From Thalia democratica (taxonomy: Eukaryota): 64,000 nucleotides of DNA. The position numbers and the translations under genes were made by a program. Shown here piece after piece: positions 1-13,300 of the stretch. The first letter of the stretch is position 1; each line of letters starts with the position of its first letter. The stretch is from assembly GCA_965202585.1 (NCBI GenBank), contig OZ241833.1, positions 44,330,001-44,394,000 on the forward strand, read 5' to 3'. The notes beneath the pieces were generated by a model. The model saw only the letters and a list, made by a program, of their open reading frames with translations, searched no databases and had not been told where the DNA came from.

Positions 1-1218
1 AGGTTCAAATTCAAGGGTTCTGATTCTACAATCTGCTACTTGTGTTAGAGTTTCGCTTAGGGCACTAAATTGTCGTAATTTTGTTGCAAAAGCTTTAAAG
101 TTTATAAGTTCACGCATCTTAGCTTTGATATCATAAATTTATTTAAACGCAGGCTACTGTAAGACAAAATTGGTTTATATTAACGTTATTTATTTATGCT
201 TAGTCTACATTTTCTAGAATAAACATTAACTAAAAGTGTTCTAATGTAATTTTGATGTTTTATAAGTTTAATAAACTATAAATATATTCAAAAGACTTTT
301 AAAGTTCTTTATATAATATTGAAATAATCAAACTTTTTACATAAATTTACTTTAATTTTGGGCGTGACAACAATTAGAAATGTTTAGTGACTGTTTGCTT
401 GTAAAATAGTTAATCATTAACAAATTGTTGCAATTAAGTGCTTCTCTTTTACATTATTACAATGGTAGAAAAGCAAACATCACTTTTCACGGAAAGCCCT
501 ATTCAATTCAGCTCTCAAGGAAAATGTTGTGTTCGTTGTAATACACAAAAGGAATGAAACACGTTAAATGTAATACACAAAAGATAATTGTTTGATTGTT
601 TGAGAGTGTTGTGTATTTTTAGTTCGAATTAAAGTAATTAAAGCATTGTGAATCTGTGAAGAAAAAAGTTTTAAGACTTTTTGTTTTAAAGTGACTTTAG
701 AAAATTTTAAAGTATTTTGTTACAATTAAACCAATAAAAGTAGTTGGTTCGGTTTCTTTGTAAAAATTTTTATACTTAAGGTAGTATTTTAACTTATAAA
801 ATAAAGAATAAATACCGAAGGATATCTTAACTTGTAAAGCTTATTGCTTAATTCGAGTAAAGTATAACATTAAAAATGGTTTAAACTATTCCAAATACGT
901 TTGATAGTTGTTTTATTCCGTAGATTTAATAAGAATACTTGTTTTTAAAGTAATGTTTTTGAACTACGATTTAAGAAAAAACTTTTTTTAAACTGTGTTT
1001 TTTTTTCAACAAGAAGACTGCTTACAATAAAGTAACTTTTATATGAGAATTTATTTTGATATTTAAAATAAAAAATGGATAGACTGAATAGCCTACCACA
1101 AATAAGAATATAGATGACTTGTTTTATAATTATATGTCTTGTTGATATTATTTAAACTAACAATAGAGTAACACTTAGATGAGAATTTATTTCAATATTT
1201 AATAAATTTGAATAAAAA

Positions 1219-1305
1219 ATGGAAAAATGGGAGTTTCAGCTCTCTCCCAGGCAGATAGCACCCAGGTACCAAAGCCAAGCTCGCCGGTATTTTTCTATGA
1301 AGGAG
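1219..1305 (+). CDS. ANK2: Candidate distal first coding exon ([29 protein letters not shown])
   Basis: ATG at 1219, 29 open codons, consensus donor GAG|GTAAG, phase 0 matching exon 6569; its 3' end is echoed twice in the intron like other true exons. Confidence 0.55.
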
Positions 1306-4300
1306 GTAAGAATACTAATAATTAATTAAATTATTATTATTTTTGTAATCTAAGGTACCAAAGTCAAGTTCGCCGGTATTTTAGTTAAAAGAGGTAAAAT
1401 AAAAAATTAATAATCAGTTTTATTATTTTTTAATAGTCTAATGTATCAAAGTCAAGTTCATCGGTATTTTTGTGTGAAAGAGGTAAGACTATTATAATTT
1501 AAATACTATCAAAAACTTGCTTAATAGCTATTTTAAAAGAAGCAAAATGCATTTAACATCTTTTACAGTATAAAAAATATTTTTTCAGCATATTTTTAGA
1601 CTTAACTTGATATTTTGATTCAAAAATTTTCTCATTGTTACATCATGATTTACAAAGTTTATCCACTTTTTATCAGAAAACTGATGGTCATGACAGTATA
1701 TCTTTCGAATATAATGAAGTTTTGATATATTTAAAGTCATAATAGTTGTTTGAATTTTATTTAATCAGAAAATAAAACAAAAATTGTTTATAATTAGCAT
1801 AACCATGTTTTAACTCGTCCTTGTTTCATAAAAACATGAAATTTTCAACAGTCAGTGTATAAAAAATAGTTTTTTAATGACATTTGTTGTAACTTTATCA
1901 AAGTATTGAGTTGAAATTTGTTTTCAAAAATTAAGCTGTTGAACTTTAAATGTTAAGAAAACTACATAACCTTTATTCTTTTTACTTTTTAATTTTAATT
2001 GCTTAGTTTTTAAGGTTTTCGTTGCTTACTTGGTTTATACACAACAAAATCTTTCTAGTTTACATGTAAACAAAAAAAATCTATATTAAAGTAGAAAAAT
2101 TCTAAACATCATTTGTTCTGTTTTAACGTGAAAAAAACTTTTAGCACGTCAATAATTTGTTTTTTTTAAACTCTTAAAAACTATTTAGTCTATTAAGTGC
2201 AACTGTTTTATCATTTCTACTTGTGCAAAACGTATCAAGTTGAACTTGTGTATAACGAATGTGTAGGGATTAGTTAAGAATTGATAATTTTAATCAAAAG
2301 ATTAAATATGTCTGTTACATGTAAGCTTTTAAACTGCAAGTGATTTGTCTTAATTAAGTTTGTTTCTGTTGTCGTGCTTAAAATGCTTGAAAACTGATCT
2401 TTTATCTTAAACAAAATATTATTTTTTAATTTACTTAACACAACAAGACAGAAAACATATTCAAAATTTTTAAATACATGCAATTTAATTTTTATTAAAG
2501 TCGTAGATGGTGAAGAGTGTTTTATTTAATATTTCATTAATAATAAATGTACCTACGTACTTCGCTGTTTTAACAACGATATTTTATCAAATATTAATAA
2601 ATTTCTTGTTTTATGATCTTTAAATGCATTTCAATGCCATATTTGAAGGAGTTATAATTTTTTTTTCAAAGTAAAAAACTTATATAAACTTTTTTGCTCA
2701 AAACTAGTGCTATATGTTTTAAATTTAACTATAAAAAACTTATAGTTTTACATAATAAAATATGTTACAATACTTTAAACATAACTGCTGACTAATATTA
2801 AGAAAAAGTAATTTCAAAGTTTTTAAAACTTCTTTTTTTTGGGATTGAACACAAAAAAAAATCTAAGTTTATTTAACGTGAGCAAAAATTATTTACATTT
2901 GATAATATTTTATTAAAGCTGTGCAGATCAGATTATAAATTATTGATAATGATATGATTAGTCAGTGAATATAAAATTTATATCAATTAAAATTAGTTGC
3001 CTGTCTTACATATGTTCTGAAACCACGAGTACAAAGGTTGAACTTTCTTTTTTTAAGCTAAAACCGAGTACTGATAGCATAAAAATCAAGCTTTGTTAAC
3101 TATTTACTTATTTAAGGAAGGCTTACAACTAATTGAACTCAGTTAAACACAAAAATCGTAACAATAATTAAAATTGAAGTAAAATATTGCAAAAGTGCTC
3201 ACTGTTTATATTTTTTTATACATACCCAGAATTTTGCCACTAACTTACTAACGCAATGTTTATTAATTTTTACGTATCACTACTTCTTTCTTTTGAAATT
3301 AAATTAAAGTGAAATAAATGTAGTTATTACCATAAAAATTCTATGCAGTATCTCAGTTTTCCAACTTATTTTACCTATTTTATAGAAGTCGTCAAATGGT
3401 TTAAGCTTTATTGTATGCTACTTTAATAAAAGTTTTACGGCAGGATATTGAACTCTAACTATTGAAAAATTAGTATTTATGTGTATTGGAAATTTTTGAT
3501 GAGTCTATTTAACTATTATAAATAGAGTTTATTTTAAGTATTTATACAATTTAAAGGTTTTCAATTGAACTCAAACAACTATTAAATTTAAATAGTTTAT
3601 TTAAAAAACTTCAGTGAGTCTATTAAATAGGCAAAAACAAAGTTGTTCGAAATATTTACACAATTTGTAGCTTGGTCTGTTTTATTAAAGGTTTTACTTC
3701 TAAAATATTTTAAAACCCTGTATGTTAAGTCGTGGGCAAGTTTCAAAATTTGCTCTATGTTTTTTATTTAAGAAACAGGTTTAAATATTGAATTAAGTAA
3801 ATATTTTAAACTAAAATATACTATCAAAGTTATGCTACTTTATATCAAAATTAATTAAGTTGTCACTTGCACTCGTAAATTATCTTTGATTATTATATAA
3901 AGTTAATGTTTTTTTAGACTGTAACTTATGTAGGATGCAACGTTTTACAAAGTACAAATTAACTTTAGTGATAGAATTTATACGAGCTGTTTTATAGTAG
4001 TAACATACTACAATGTTAAATTTTGACTTTGAAACTGGCAACTCAGTGTTAATAAGTTCAAATGCATTGAAAACTATGCTATCACAACTTATGTGTGACA
4101 CTAATAAAATTTTATACTTTATACGTGAAAAAAACTTATAGTCTATTTCGAGTAAAAAACTAACAAACAAATTGTTTCGAAAAAGTATCGTCACCATACA
4201 TATCGCGTTTTATAAAACTTCCACGAGAGGTAGCTACAGCACATTACCTTTTGTTTTGATGAAACGACAGAAAAATTGAAAGTGTAAGCTACCGTACATT

Positions 4301-7300
4301 ATAATGTTATAATGGTAAAAGGAACTAAGTTCTTAGCTTTAATTTAAACAAACGGAACTTGGTTGTTGAAATATGGGTTTCTTGCATAAGTTTGGTTTTG
4401 TATAGAAATTGCGTATATTCATTTACATACTAGTTTTTGGTTATTTTAAACCTACTTTGTGCCACTAAATTTATGAAAATAGTTAATATTTTTTGTAACA
4501 CACAAAACAAACAGCGGTCTTATTTACTTTTAACTAAAAGTATATTTGATAACAATAAAACTGTTTATTTAAATTTTTATAAATATAAATTTCATGACTT
4601 AATACGCAATTCTATTTTGTCAGGTACATTTTTAGACTTTAAAGAAATTTATGAGCTTTTAAAAAAGATAACTTTCAACTGTAGTTGTTATATTGACCGT
4701 GACCATTGTGCTATGAAAAATTGTGCTATGAAAAAAAGGAACTACTATTACATACATGTAGTAATACATTTTTGAAAATCATTAAAAAAAAATTGTATGC
4801 GAATATCATGTTTATCCAGGTTAACTTCTGAATTTTAAAAAAGGTAGCAGATATTTTCTACCAAAAGGTAGTTTTAAAAAAATTAAAAAAATTAAAAAAC
4901 CTTAACTTTTACCTGGTGTCGTGTTATCGCGACCGTTTCCTCATTACAAAACACGAAAGCGCCATAAAAGCACCTGCAAGTAGTAAAAGAAGAAGAAGTG
5001 CCTGAATAATTAATAAACTCGAAATTGTGCATGAAAAAAGCAGCCAACGTACTTTAAAGCCAGCCATCAAGAGAAAAAGGCTGGAAAGGGGGAATCGGCA
5101 GCGCAAAGTTTCAAAATCGATCTGTGTTCAGAAAGTTTAGGAAGCGGGCTTTAAGTGTTCGGGCTTTTGTCGTTTGTTTGTTTTTATTGTGAAGTTTTTA
5201 GTGCGAAAAGAAATTTGTTTTTGTAAGCTGTAAGCATGATGGATAATTAAAAGTTAAACTTGGTTCATCTAAGTTTTAAATTGCTCAGTTTTGAGCATGC
5301 AGGAGCTTTTTGTTTTTAACAACTAGTTTTCAGCTTCTAAAAAAACTTGTTTATTTATTTTGCAAGAGTAAAGCTTAAACAAGGTATACCAATAAAAGTT
5401 TTTATTATTCAAATTTTTTTTAATTTTTTCAAAGTTTTAGTTAAAAACACTTATTTAATTTATTTTAAAATTCGGTTTCTGTTCAAAGCAGATTCTTTCT
5501 TATTTTTATAGCAACAGTTGAAATTTAAACACCAGAGCACCTAGTTTGGGAGCTACGTAACTAAAAAAAAAAAGAATATTTACTTTAAAAAGTGTTGAAT
5601 TTGTCTGCTAGTTTCAGTCGCGCGTATTTCAGCAAAGGGTGTGGCGATTGTATTGACAAAACAACAAAAAGATTCAAGCACCATGTTGAGCTTCAAGTGC
5701 GAGCAACAAATGAAGCAGACTTTTTTGTTGTGCAACTTTATATTGTCTCCAACAGCAAGTTTATTGTCGCAAGCTACTTTGAGTATTTTTGTACTTTGCT
5801 TGTCACTGTCTAAGAAGGGTGCTACAAAAGCGTGCTAGACTTGTTGCTTTCTTTTTTTAAAGACATGAATACACTTTTCTTTCAGCGTGACAAAAAGTCT
5901 GTTCAAATGTACTAAAAACTAGCTTATCTTGTGTAGTTTACTAGTAAAGTATTAGTGCTTTGTTTCAAATAAAACATTTTTTTAGTTTAATTTAGTTGAT
6001 TAGTGTTTTTAATTAAAAGCTGGTGGATAGCTGGTGCCAAAAAGCTATTTGTAAAAGTGACGTAATTGTCAGTTTGTGACGACAAAGTTGTTTGTGACAA
6101 AATTGTCGGTTTGTGACGACAAAATTGTTGGTGACAAAAATGGTGAGAACGAGTGAAACTTCGTCACTCTGTTCGTTTGTCAGCAATGTGAGTTGCGAGT
6201 AACTAAAATAAATAAACTTAAATAGGATAATAATAGCAATAGTTTATATGTTGTTAGCGTTTATATATGAGAACTTCGTTTAAAATTAGCAATAAAATGA
6301 ACAATTGAATAATACTTAGTAACTAAAAACTATTTCAAATTGATTTTCGACAAAAAAAAAACTCCAAAAAAAAAAACTAACTGTGTAACTATATATTATA
6401 AGAACGAAAAAAAAAAACTAAAATACCAATATCTTTAAATTAAAAATTGCTTCATCTTATCTAACTTTTAGTAGACTTCAAATAAGTATTATTGGAAAAG
6501 TTTATTGTTATTTTAATTCAAACTATAATTTTTCTCATGTTTCATAAAACTATTTATTTTTGTTATAGGGAGGAGGCGGCAGTCTTTTACGAGCAGCAAG
6601 AAGCGGAAATGTTGAAAAATTGATCAGCTTGTTGGATAATGACAATATAGATATACAGACTTCTAATAGTGTGAGTTTGAAAAAATATGAATACATACAT
6701 ATATATGTATTCTATAGTTTGTTGGAAAATGACAATATTGATATACAGACGTCTAATAGTGTAAGTTTAAAAATTAATAAATATAATTAGTCAGTTCGTT
6801 GGATAATGATAATATAGATATACAGACGTCTAACAGTGTGAGTTGAAATAGTAACATATATGATTAGTCAGTTTGTTGGATAATGATAATATTGATATAC
6901 AAACATCTAATAGTGTAAAGTATAAACAAATAACTTATTAAGTATTGCTTAGTATGTAACTATATTTGTAAGTAATCAGTTTACTGGATAATTATAACAA
7001 AGACATACAAACATAGACATACACACATCTATTAGTGTAAATTTGAAGTTATATATTGTATAGCATGTAATTTAACTGTGATAAATCAGTTTTTATGATA
7101 ATAATAATGTCGAAATACAAACTTCTAACAATGTGAGTTTAAACTAAATGTATAGTTAATTTAAGCTGAATGCATCTACTTTACTTGATAATTAAAATAT
7201 TTATATTTAAACTTGTAGTGAAGTAAATTGGTAAGTTGTAATGATTTTTGCAAAATTAAAAAGTTAGTTTGTTTTATTAACTAGCATAAGTTATTATGTT

Positions 7301-10300
7301 AGTAATAAGTAATAGTTTAAGTAGGATAATTAAATAGTGATTTAAATACTATACGTTTTTAATAAGTATTATAAACATAGAACTTTTGTCGCCTTAAAGT
7401 TTTGGTACTTTAATAGTTTAAATTATTAATGTATGTTTCAAAAAGATAGTTTAAAAAATATAAAAGAAGATGAATTTTTTTTTAAACTCATTGTTAATAA
7501 ATTATAAATGAAAGAAAAATTAATGTGTGTAATAAATCATAAGCGAAACCCAATAATCAATGACTTTTACTTAAAAAAAAAACGGTTTCGAGTCTAGACG
7601 AAAACTTTAACTTTGTGAAACAAATTTCGATATGCAAATGAAAAAAAAAATCACATCTTACATCGAGTTGAACTTACTAGTTAAAAAAATCAGAATGTAT
7701 TTAAGAATAGCTAAAATTAAAAAGCTCATTATTTAGTTTTAAAACTATTGAATTTTAAATAAACTAATAGATCTATGCATTTTAAAACGTTTAAAAAAGT
7801 ATTAAGTAAAAACTCCGTACAAAAGATTGAAAAAAACGGCAAGTTAAATATAAAGCCTAAATCAAAAAGCAGTTAAACTTTTTATTATGTAAAAATTATT
7901 TTTTCCTAACTAAAAAAAAACAAGTGTTTATGCGTGAACTTGGTAAACAACTTTGTTAAAATCGATCGACGTCTAGGGAAATGACTTTTCCAAACTTTGG
8001 TGTTAGCGTCTTATTTTTATTGATTTTTAACATCTTGCTTGTATATTGACTTGTCTATTACGCTGTTATGTTAATTTAACTTATATAGGAAATTTTCTTT
8101 AAGAACGAGTATAAAAAGTATAAAATAATAAAGTTAAACTTTAATCTAAAAAAATAAATTAAACTTTTAATTTACACTTACGAACTTGAAAAATATTTAG
8201 TTTTGAGAACAATCTCTGTCTGTATAAAATTTTTCGTAATCAGTATTAAAGTAAGAGGATTGTTTCATATATAAATATATATTTATATGTTTATTTATAA
8301 ACTAGTACCGAAAAATGTGCATAGAATATTGCTCAACTTGAAAATACTTTTAAAGTTTTGAGAATCACTGACTCTTACGTGATAACAAATAAATGTTATC
8401 TATTGATTTTATCAACAGAGCGGCCTTGCATCGATACACCTAGCTGCTAAAGAAGGTCATTGTGAGGTCATAAAAGAACTTCTAAAGAGAAACGCACCCG
8501 TCGACCAACAGACTAAGGTAGTTTATTTTAATTTGAATAATTTATTTCAAAGAACTTCAAGTTTAATTGAATGAAAATACTTTAAAATAACTTTTCAAAA
8601 TATACTTATAGTTTTGATTATTCAAAGTCAATTAAAAGTGTAAGAGAATTGCAACTGTCTACTGGCTGATAGAAGTTTATTTTTGTTTGTTTTAATGTTA
8701 TTGAATGTCAATTTAAGTAAAGTATAATACTTGGATACTATGTAAAGAAAATACAAAGTAAAGTTTTAATTTTATTCTAGAAAAAGCATTCTAAATTTAA
8801 AACTTTAGTACAGAGGTCAAAACAATTGTAAATAACTGCTTTAGAGAAACGCGTTTTTCGACTGAAAAAAAAGAAGTAAAATTAGATCATTGAATCCTAA
8901 AACTAACTTTTAAAATCGTTAAAAACTATTGCTTTAGCTTATAAAGTAGCAACATTTTCAGCTTTAAAAACTTAAGATTAGTGAAAACTTACAAAAAAAT
9001 GTTCACGCGTTTTGTGTAATTTTTAATTTTGTTCACACAAGTATACGCTGAATAATTAGAAATTTACAAACAAGTAATAAAATAGTTTAATTGAAGAGTT
9101 TTTAAAAGTTTAACCAAAAAAATAGTTTATGAAGTTGGTTGAACTTTATATACTATGTACATTTTTAATGATCATTAGGAAAGGTCTTAGAAAATAAATT
9201 ACAAGCTATAGTTTTTGTGACGTAATACATAAGTTCATAACTAAAGTTTTGACAAACTTTGAAATCATCTCTAGCTGACGGAGAAAACAAAGATTTATAA
9301 CCGTTTGTTTGAAACTAAAGTTTAATCTTAAAACTAACAATTTTCTATTTCTTAGAAAAAAGTATTTATACATAAACATAATGAAACTATTATTATAAAA
9401 ACAATGAAACAGTTGTTATAAAAACAGAGGGGAAACACTGCTCTGCACGTATCAGCTTTGGCGGGAAGAATTTCAGTTGTGAAACTTTTAGTTGAAAGGG
9501 GAGCAAATCCCAACTCCAAAGCACAAGTTTGTTATACAAACATATACTGTTTGATAGATGCTTATAAAATATTTGTCATAAAGTCGACAAATGGCTAAAA
9601 TATTTTCAAATTATAATAACTTTTTTTTAGTTTTTACAGTATTTTTTTTTAATTTTAATTCTCCTTTATTTAATTTTTTGACTAATTTCAAATATAATCT
9701 GTATAACTTATAAGAAATAAACAACGAAACAAAACTATTTTTTTATGTAATAGCTTAAATTTTTTCAGAATGCATTCTCTCCATTATACATGGCAGCACA
9801 GGAAGGCCACGAAGAAATTGTTGAATATTTACTTAAAAATGGTGCTAATCAGGGAATACCTACTGAGGTATATAGCTTAAAACTGACATATTCTAATTAT
9901 TTGCTTGTTTGTTATACTAAGGCTATCAAAACTTAAATAGAAGAGTACTAATACAGCGAAAACTTACAAATGATGTACTAAAAAACTTATAAGTTAAAGC
10001 TAATACAAGTATAAAGCTGAAAATATTAGATTGTCAAATTTTCGTTAAATATTTGAACGGAATAAAATAAAAGGTTAAGGTGTAAAAATTTCTACAAAAA
10101 CAAAATAACACTTGTCCACACAAAAAAAACCGGTCAAGTTATTTATCTTCTAATCTCTCACAACAGGACGGTTTCACCCCATTAGCAGTTGCACTACAGG
10201 AGAACAAGGACCGAGTGGTGGCGCTGTTGCTCAACAATGACGTCAAAGGTAGGGTGAAGCTGCCCGCATTGCACATTGCGGCGAGGAAGGATGACGTCAA

Positions 10301-13300
10301 AGCGGCTGCGTTGTTGCTGCAGAACGATAACAATGCCGATCCCACTAATAAGGTAGGTGATTTATTGCACATAATGTATAAATCAGGATTTCATAAGGTA
10401 GGGAGCTTTGCTCTTATGTATTATAGGTACTGGTGTACAGTTTTTTGTAATGGACTAAAAGAAGCCTATGTATCATCTTAAAAATCTGTTAATTGATAAA
10501 AAAGAATCAATTAAATCATGCAACGTTTTCACAAACAAGCACTACGGCTTTAGTAACATAACTTAAAAATATTAACTTTGACTAAAACTATGACTAGTTG
10601 TATAATTGTTATTTAAATTAATTATTTCAAAATATTGTTTCATAAAATGTACAGTTTTTGTACACAGTAATAAAACGAATTTTTTACAGATGATGGTGAA
10701 CCGGACTACTGAGGTTAGTACTTTGTTATATTTTACACCTACTTAGTGTTTTCTTATATACAGCTTACAAAGATTTTTAAATAAATTGGTAGAACTTTAT
10801 ACTCACTAAAAGTGTTTTTAAGTTGGTACTTTAATAGACTAAAACCTTAAGCTTCTAATACTAAATATTTAATCAAATCATTATACAGAGTGGATTTACA
10901 GCACTACATATAGCTGCCCACTACGGAAATGTGAATGTAGCAACACTACTGCTGAACAGAGGCGCAGTGGTTGATTATGAAGCTAAAGTGAGTAAATACT
11001 TATTGTAAAATGCAAACAAATTTGGTAATTTGTTTATCTATACTTCAACCTCAATACGTATAACGTTGTAAATTTCCATACAAATTTATAAATATTAGTT
11101 TTTTTTTTACATCTACTCTATGAAGCACCATACTTAAAGAAAAATAAAGTAAAACAAAAAACTTAATCAAAATCCTAACATCAAGCATAAGTTTTGTAAG
11201 AGTTTTTTTTATGTTTAGAAACTAATCCAAAACTTTTTTTTCTATCAAATGTTGGGCTAACTAGTAAAAATAAGCTACTGAATACATAAACAAAAAAACC
11301 ACAGAGAAATCTACACAATTAAATATTTGAGACATTTTAAGAACCAAATATATGCAAAAGCAGTTTAACATCCATCTAAACCACCAACAGAGTGGAATAA
11401 CTCCATTGCACGTGGCAGCCAAGCGAGGTCACTCCAGGTTCTGCTCTTTGGTCATCCAGCACAACGGGCAGCCCTCCAAAGCGACCAAGGACGGTCTTGT
11501 GGCGTTGCATTGCGCTTCCAGGTCAGGGCATTCCCCCGTCGTGAAACTTTTGCTGGAACAGGAAACCACACCCAGACTGGCAAGAACTAAAGTTTGTTGT
11601 AAAACTATTTTAATTTGTTTTTTAACTTAGAAAGCTCACAAAAGTTTTTATTCTTAATTATTAAAACTGAGGGGTAAATCAGCTGCAAGTTTATTTATTT
11701 TTCTAATCATGTTTTAAAATAAATGACCTTTTCCAAGCATACTTATGTGAGCTAACTTCAGTCTCGTATAAGAGAATATTTTTTAATTGCACGTGTTGTT
11801 TCAGCCTAATTCTTAAAAACTAAACATTTAAGAGTTTTACTTTTCATTTGAATTTAAGTGTTGTTTGAGAAAAAGTACCAATATATTAGTTACATTTAAA
11901 AATTTTGAACAGAATAAGTTCACGACACGTGGTTACTCGTTTATTATTACTGATTTTGTTACTTAATTTTTTAGAACGGACTATCAGCATTACACATGGC
12001 AACTCAAGGTGGCCACGCCGATGTCGTGCAACTTTTATTGGAAGAAAAATTTCCTGTCGATGATATTACTTCGGTAATTTTGTTAATCTTTAAAAAAAGT
12101 TTACTTTGTAAAGAATTAAAAACAAAATGCTTAATTGTATGAACTTTATTTGTTTTGTTTCGCTTTATGTTTTCAACGTTAACAAACTTTAAGTAGTTAT
12201 ATACTTTTTTAATGTTAGCGCAATCTTTTTTAGTTTAATGTTCAATCTTAAAAATTAGGTTGTAAGAAAGGTAAATCTTTTATATATAAATATGTGATAA
12301 CTTCACACAGGATTACCTGAGCTCCCTACATATTGCTGCGCACAGCGGTTTCACAGGAATCGCTAAGTTGCTCCTATCAAACGGAGCTAATCCCAACAGG
12401 ACTGCTCTGGTTAGTGTTTTATTATTTTATACAAAGTTTATAAGCTGCAAGGCTTAGTTTAAGCTGTAAAATGTATATTAAAATGTAAAATTTACTTTAC
12501 TTGTTTATAATAATTAGGAATTATTTCACATTTTTGAAGTTTAGAACTTCCTTACTGAGTATTAATTATTCATAACTTTTGTATAAAACACGTTAGGATC
12601 AAATTAAGGTGTAAAATGCATTAAAGCTTATGCAACAGTTTTATATGGTTTCAAGTTCAAAACTACAAGTCTTATATACAGCAAATACCATTCTTATTAT
12701 TACATCAGGGGTTAACTTCTCGTTTTTCGGTTTTAAAATTTAGTATTTTAGAATTCTCTTGTGAGAATTATTTGATGCTTTTCACATATAAAAGCTTTTA
12801 ATTAAGTGTATAGTTGTACACTACATTTGAATGGTTTTTCTTGATAATCAACATTTAATTCAAATAAGCTGAAAATACTTTTAGTTGTTTAGAACTACTC
12901 TAGAGGGTATCAATAATTCATAAAGAGTGTAAAACTTGAGCGAGCGTTTAGTACTACGTAAACTACATAAATAAACAAATATATGTACATATTTATTTAT
13001 TCATATTCGTTTATTTTAATGCATTTTATTGCAAAATACTTATAAGTTGGTAAACAATTTTCTCCACAAAATTAATTGTAATTAAAAGTGCTAACTCACA
13101 TACTTATACTTCTCTCGCAAACCATTTTTAGTAGCTGAGATTAATAATTCATAACGATTGTAAAAACGGCTGCTCCAGCTCTTAGGTTAGGCTTAGATAA
13201 AAGATAAAAAGTAAACGGTTTTATGCATGTATACTACTAAAAAGTCGAATATTCTTAAAAAAGTCCAAAAAATTGACTAGGAGTTTTGTATTAAAAAAAC

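Noticed and set aside
2274-5838. Short ORFs in the 5' region (2274-2483, 3880-4197, 4437-4775, 4924-5106, 5592-5838)
   Set aside because: Composition typical of AT-rich non-coding DNA, no recognisable domain and no phase-compatible splice sites found
6716-7138. CRISPR-like repeat-spacer appearance of the echo array
   Set aside because: Eukaryotic intron; the repeats are degenerate copies of the host exon end, and there are no cas genes or leader
9380-9427. Possible degenerate echoes before exon 9428 (atgaaac...ataaaaaca twice)
   Set aside because: Similarity to the exon start is too short and A-rich to distinguish from chance
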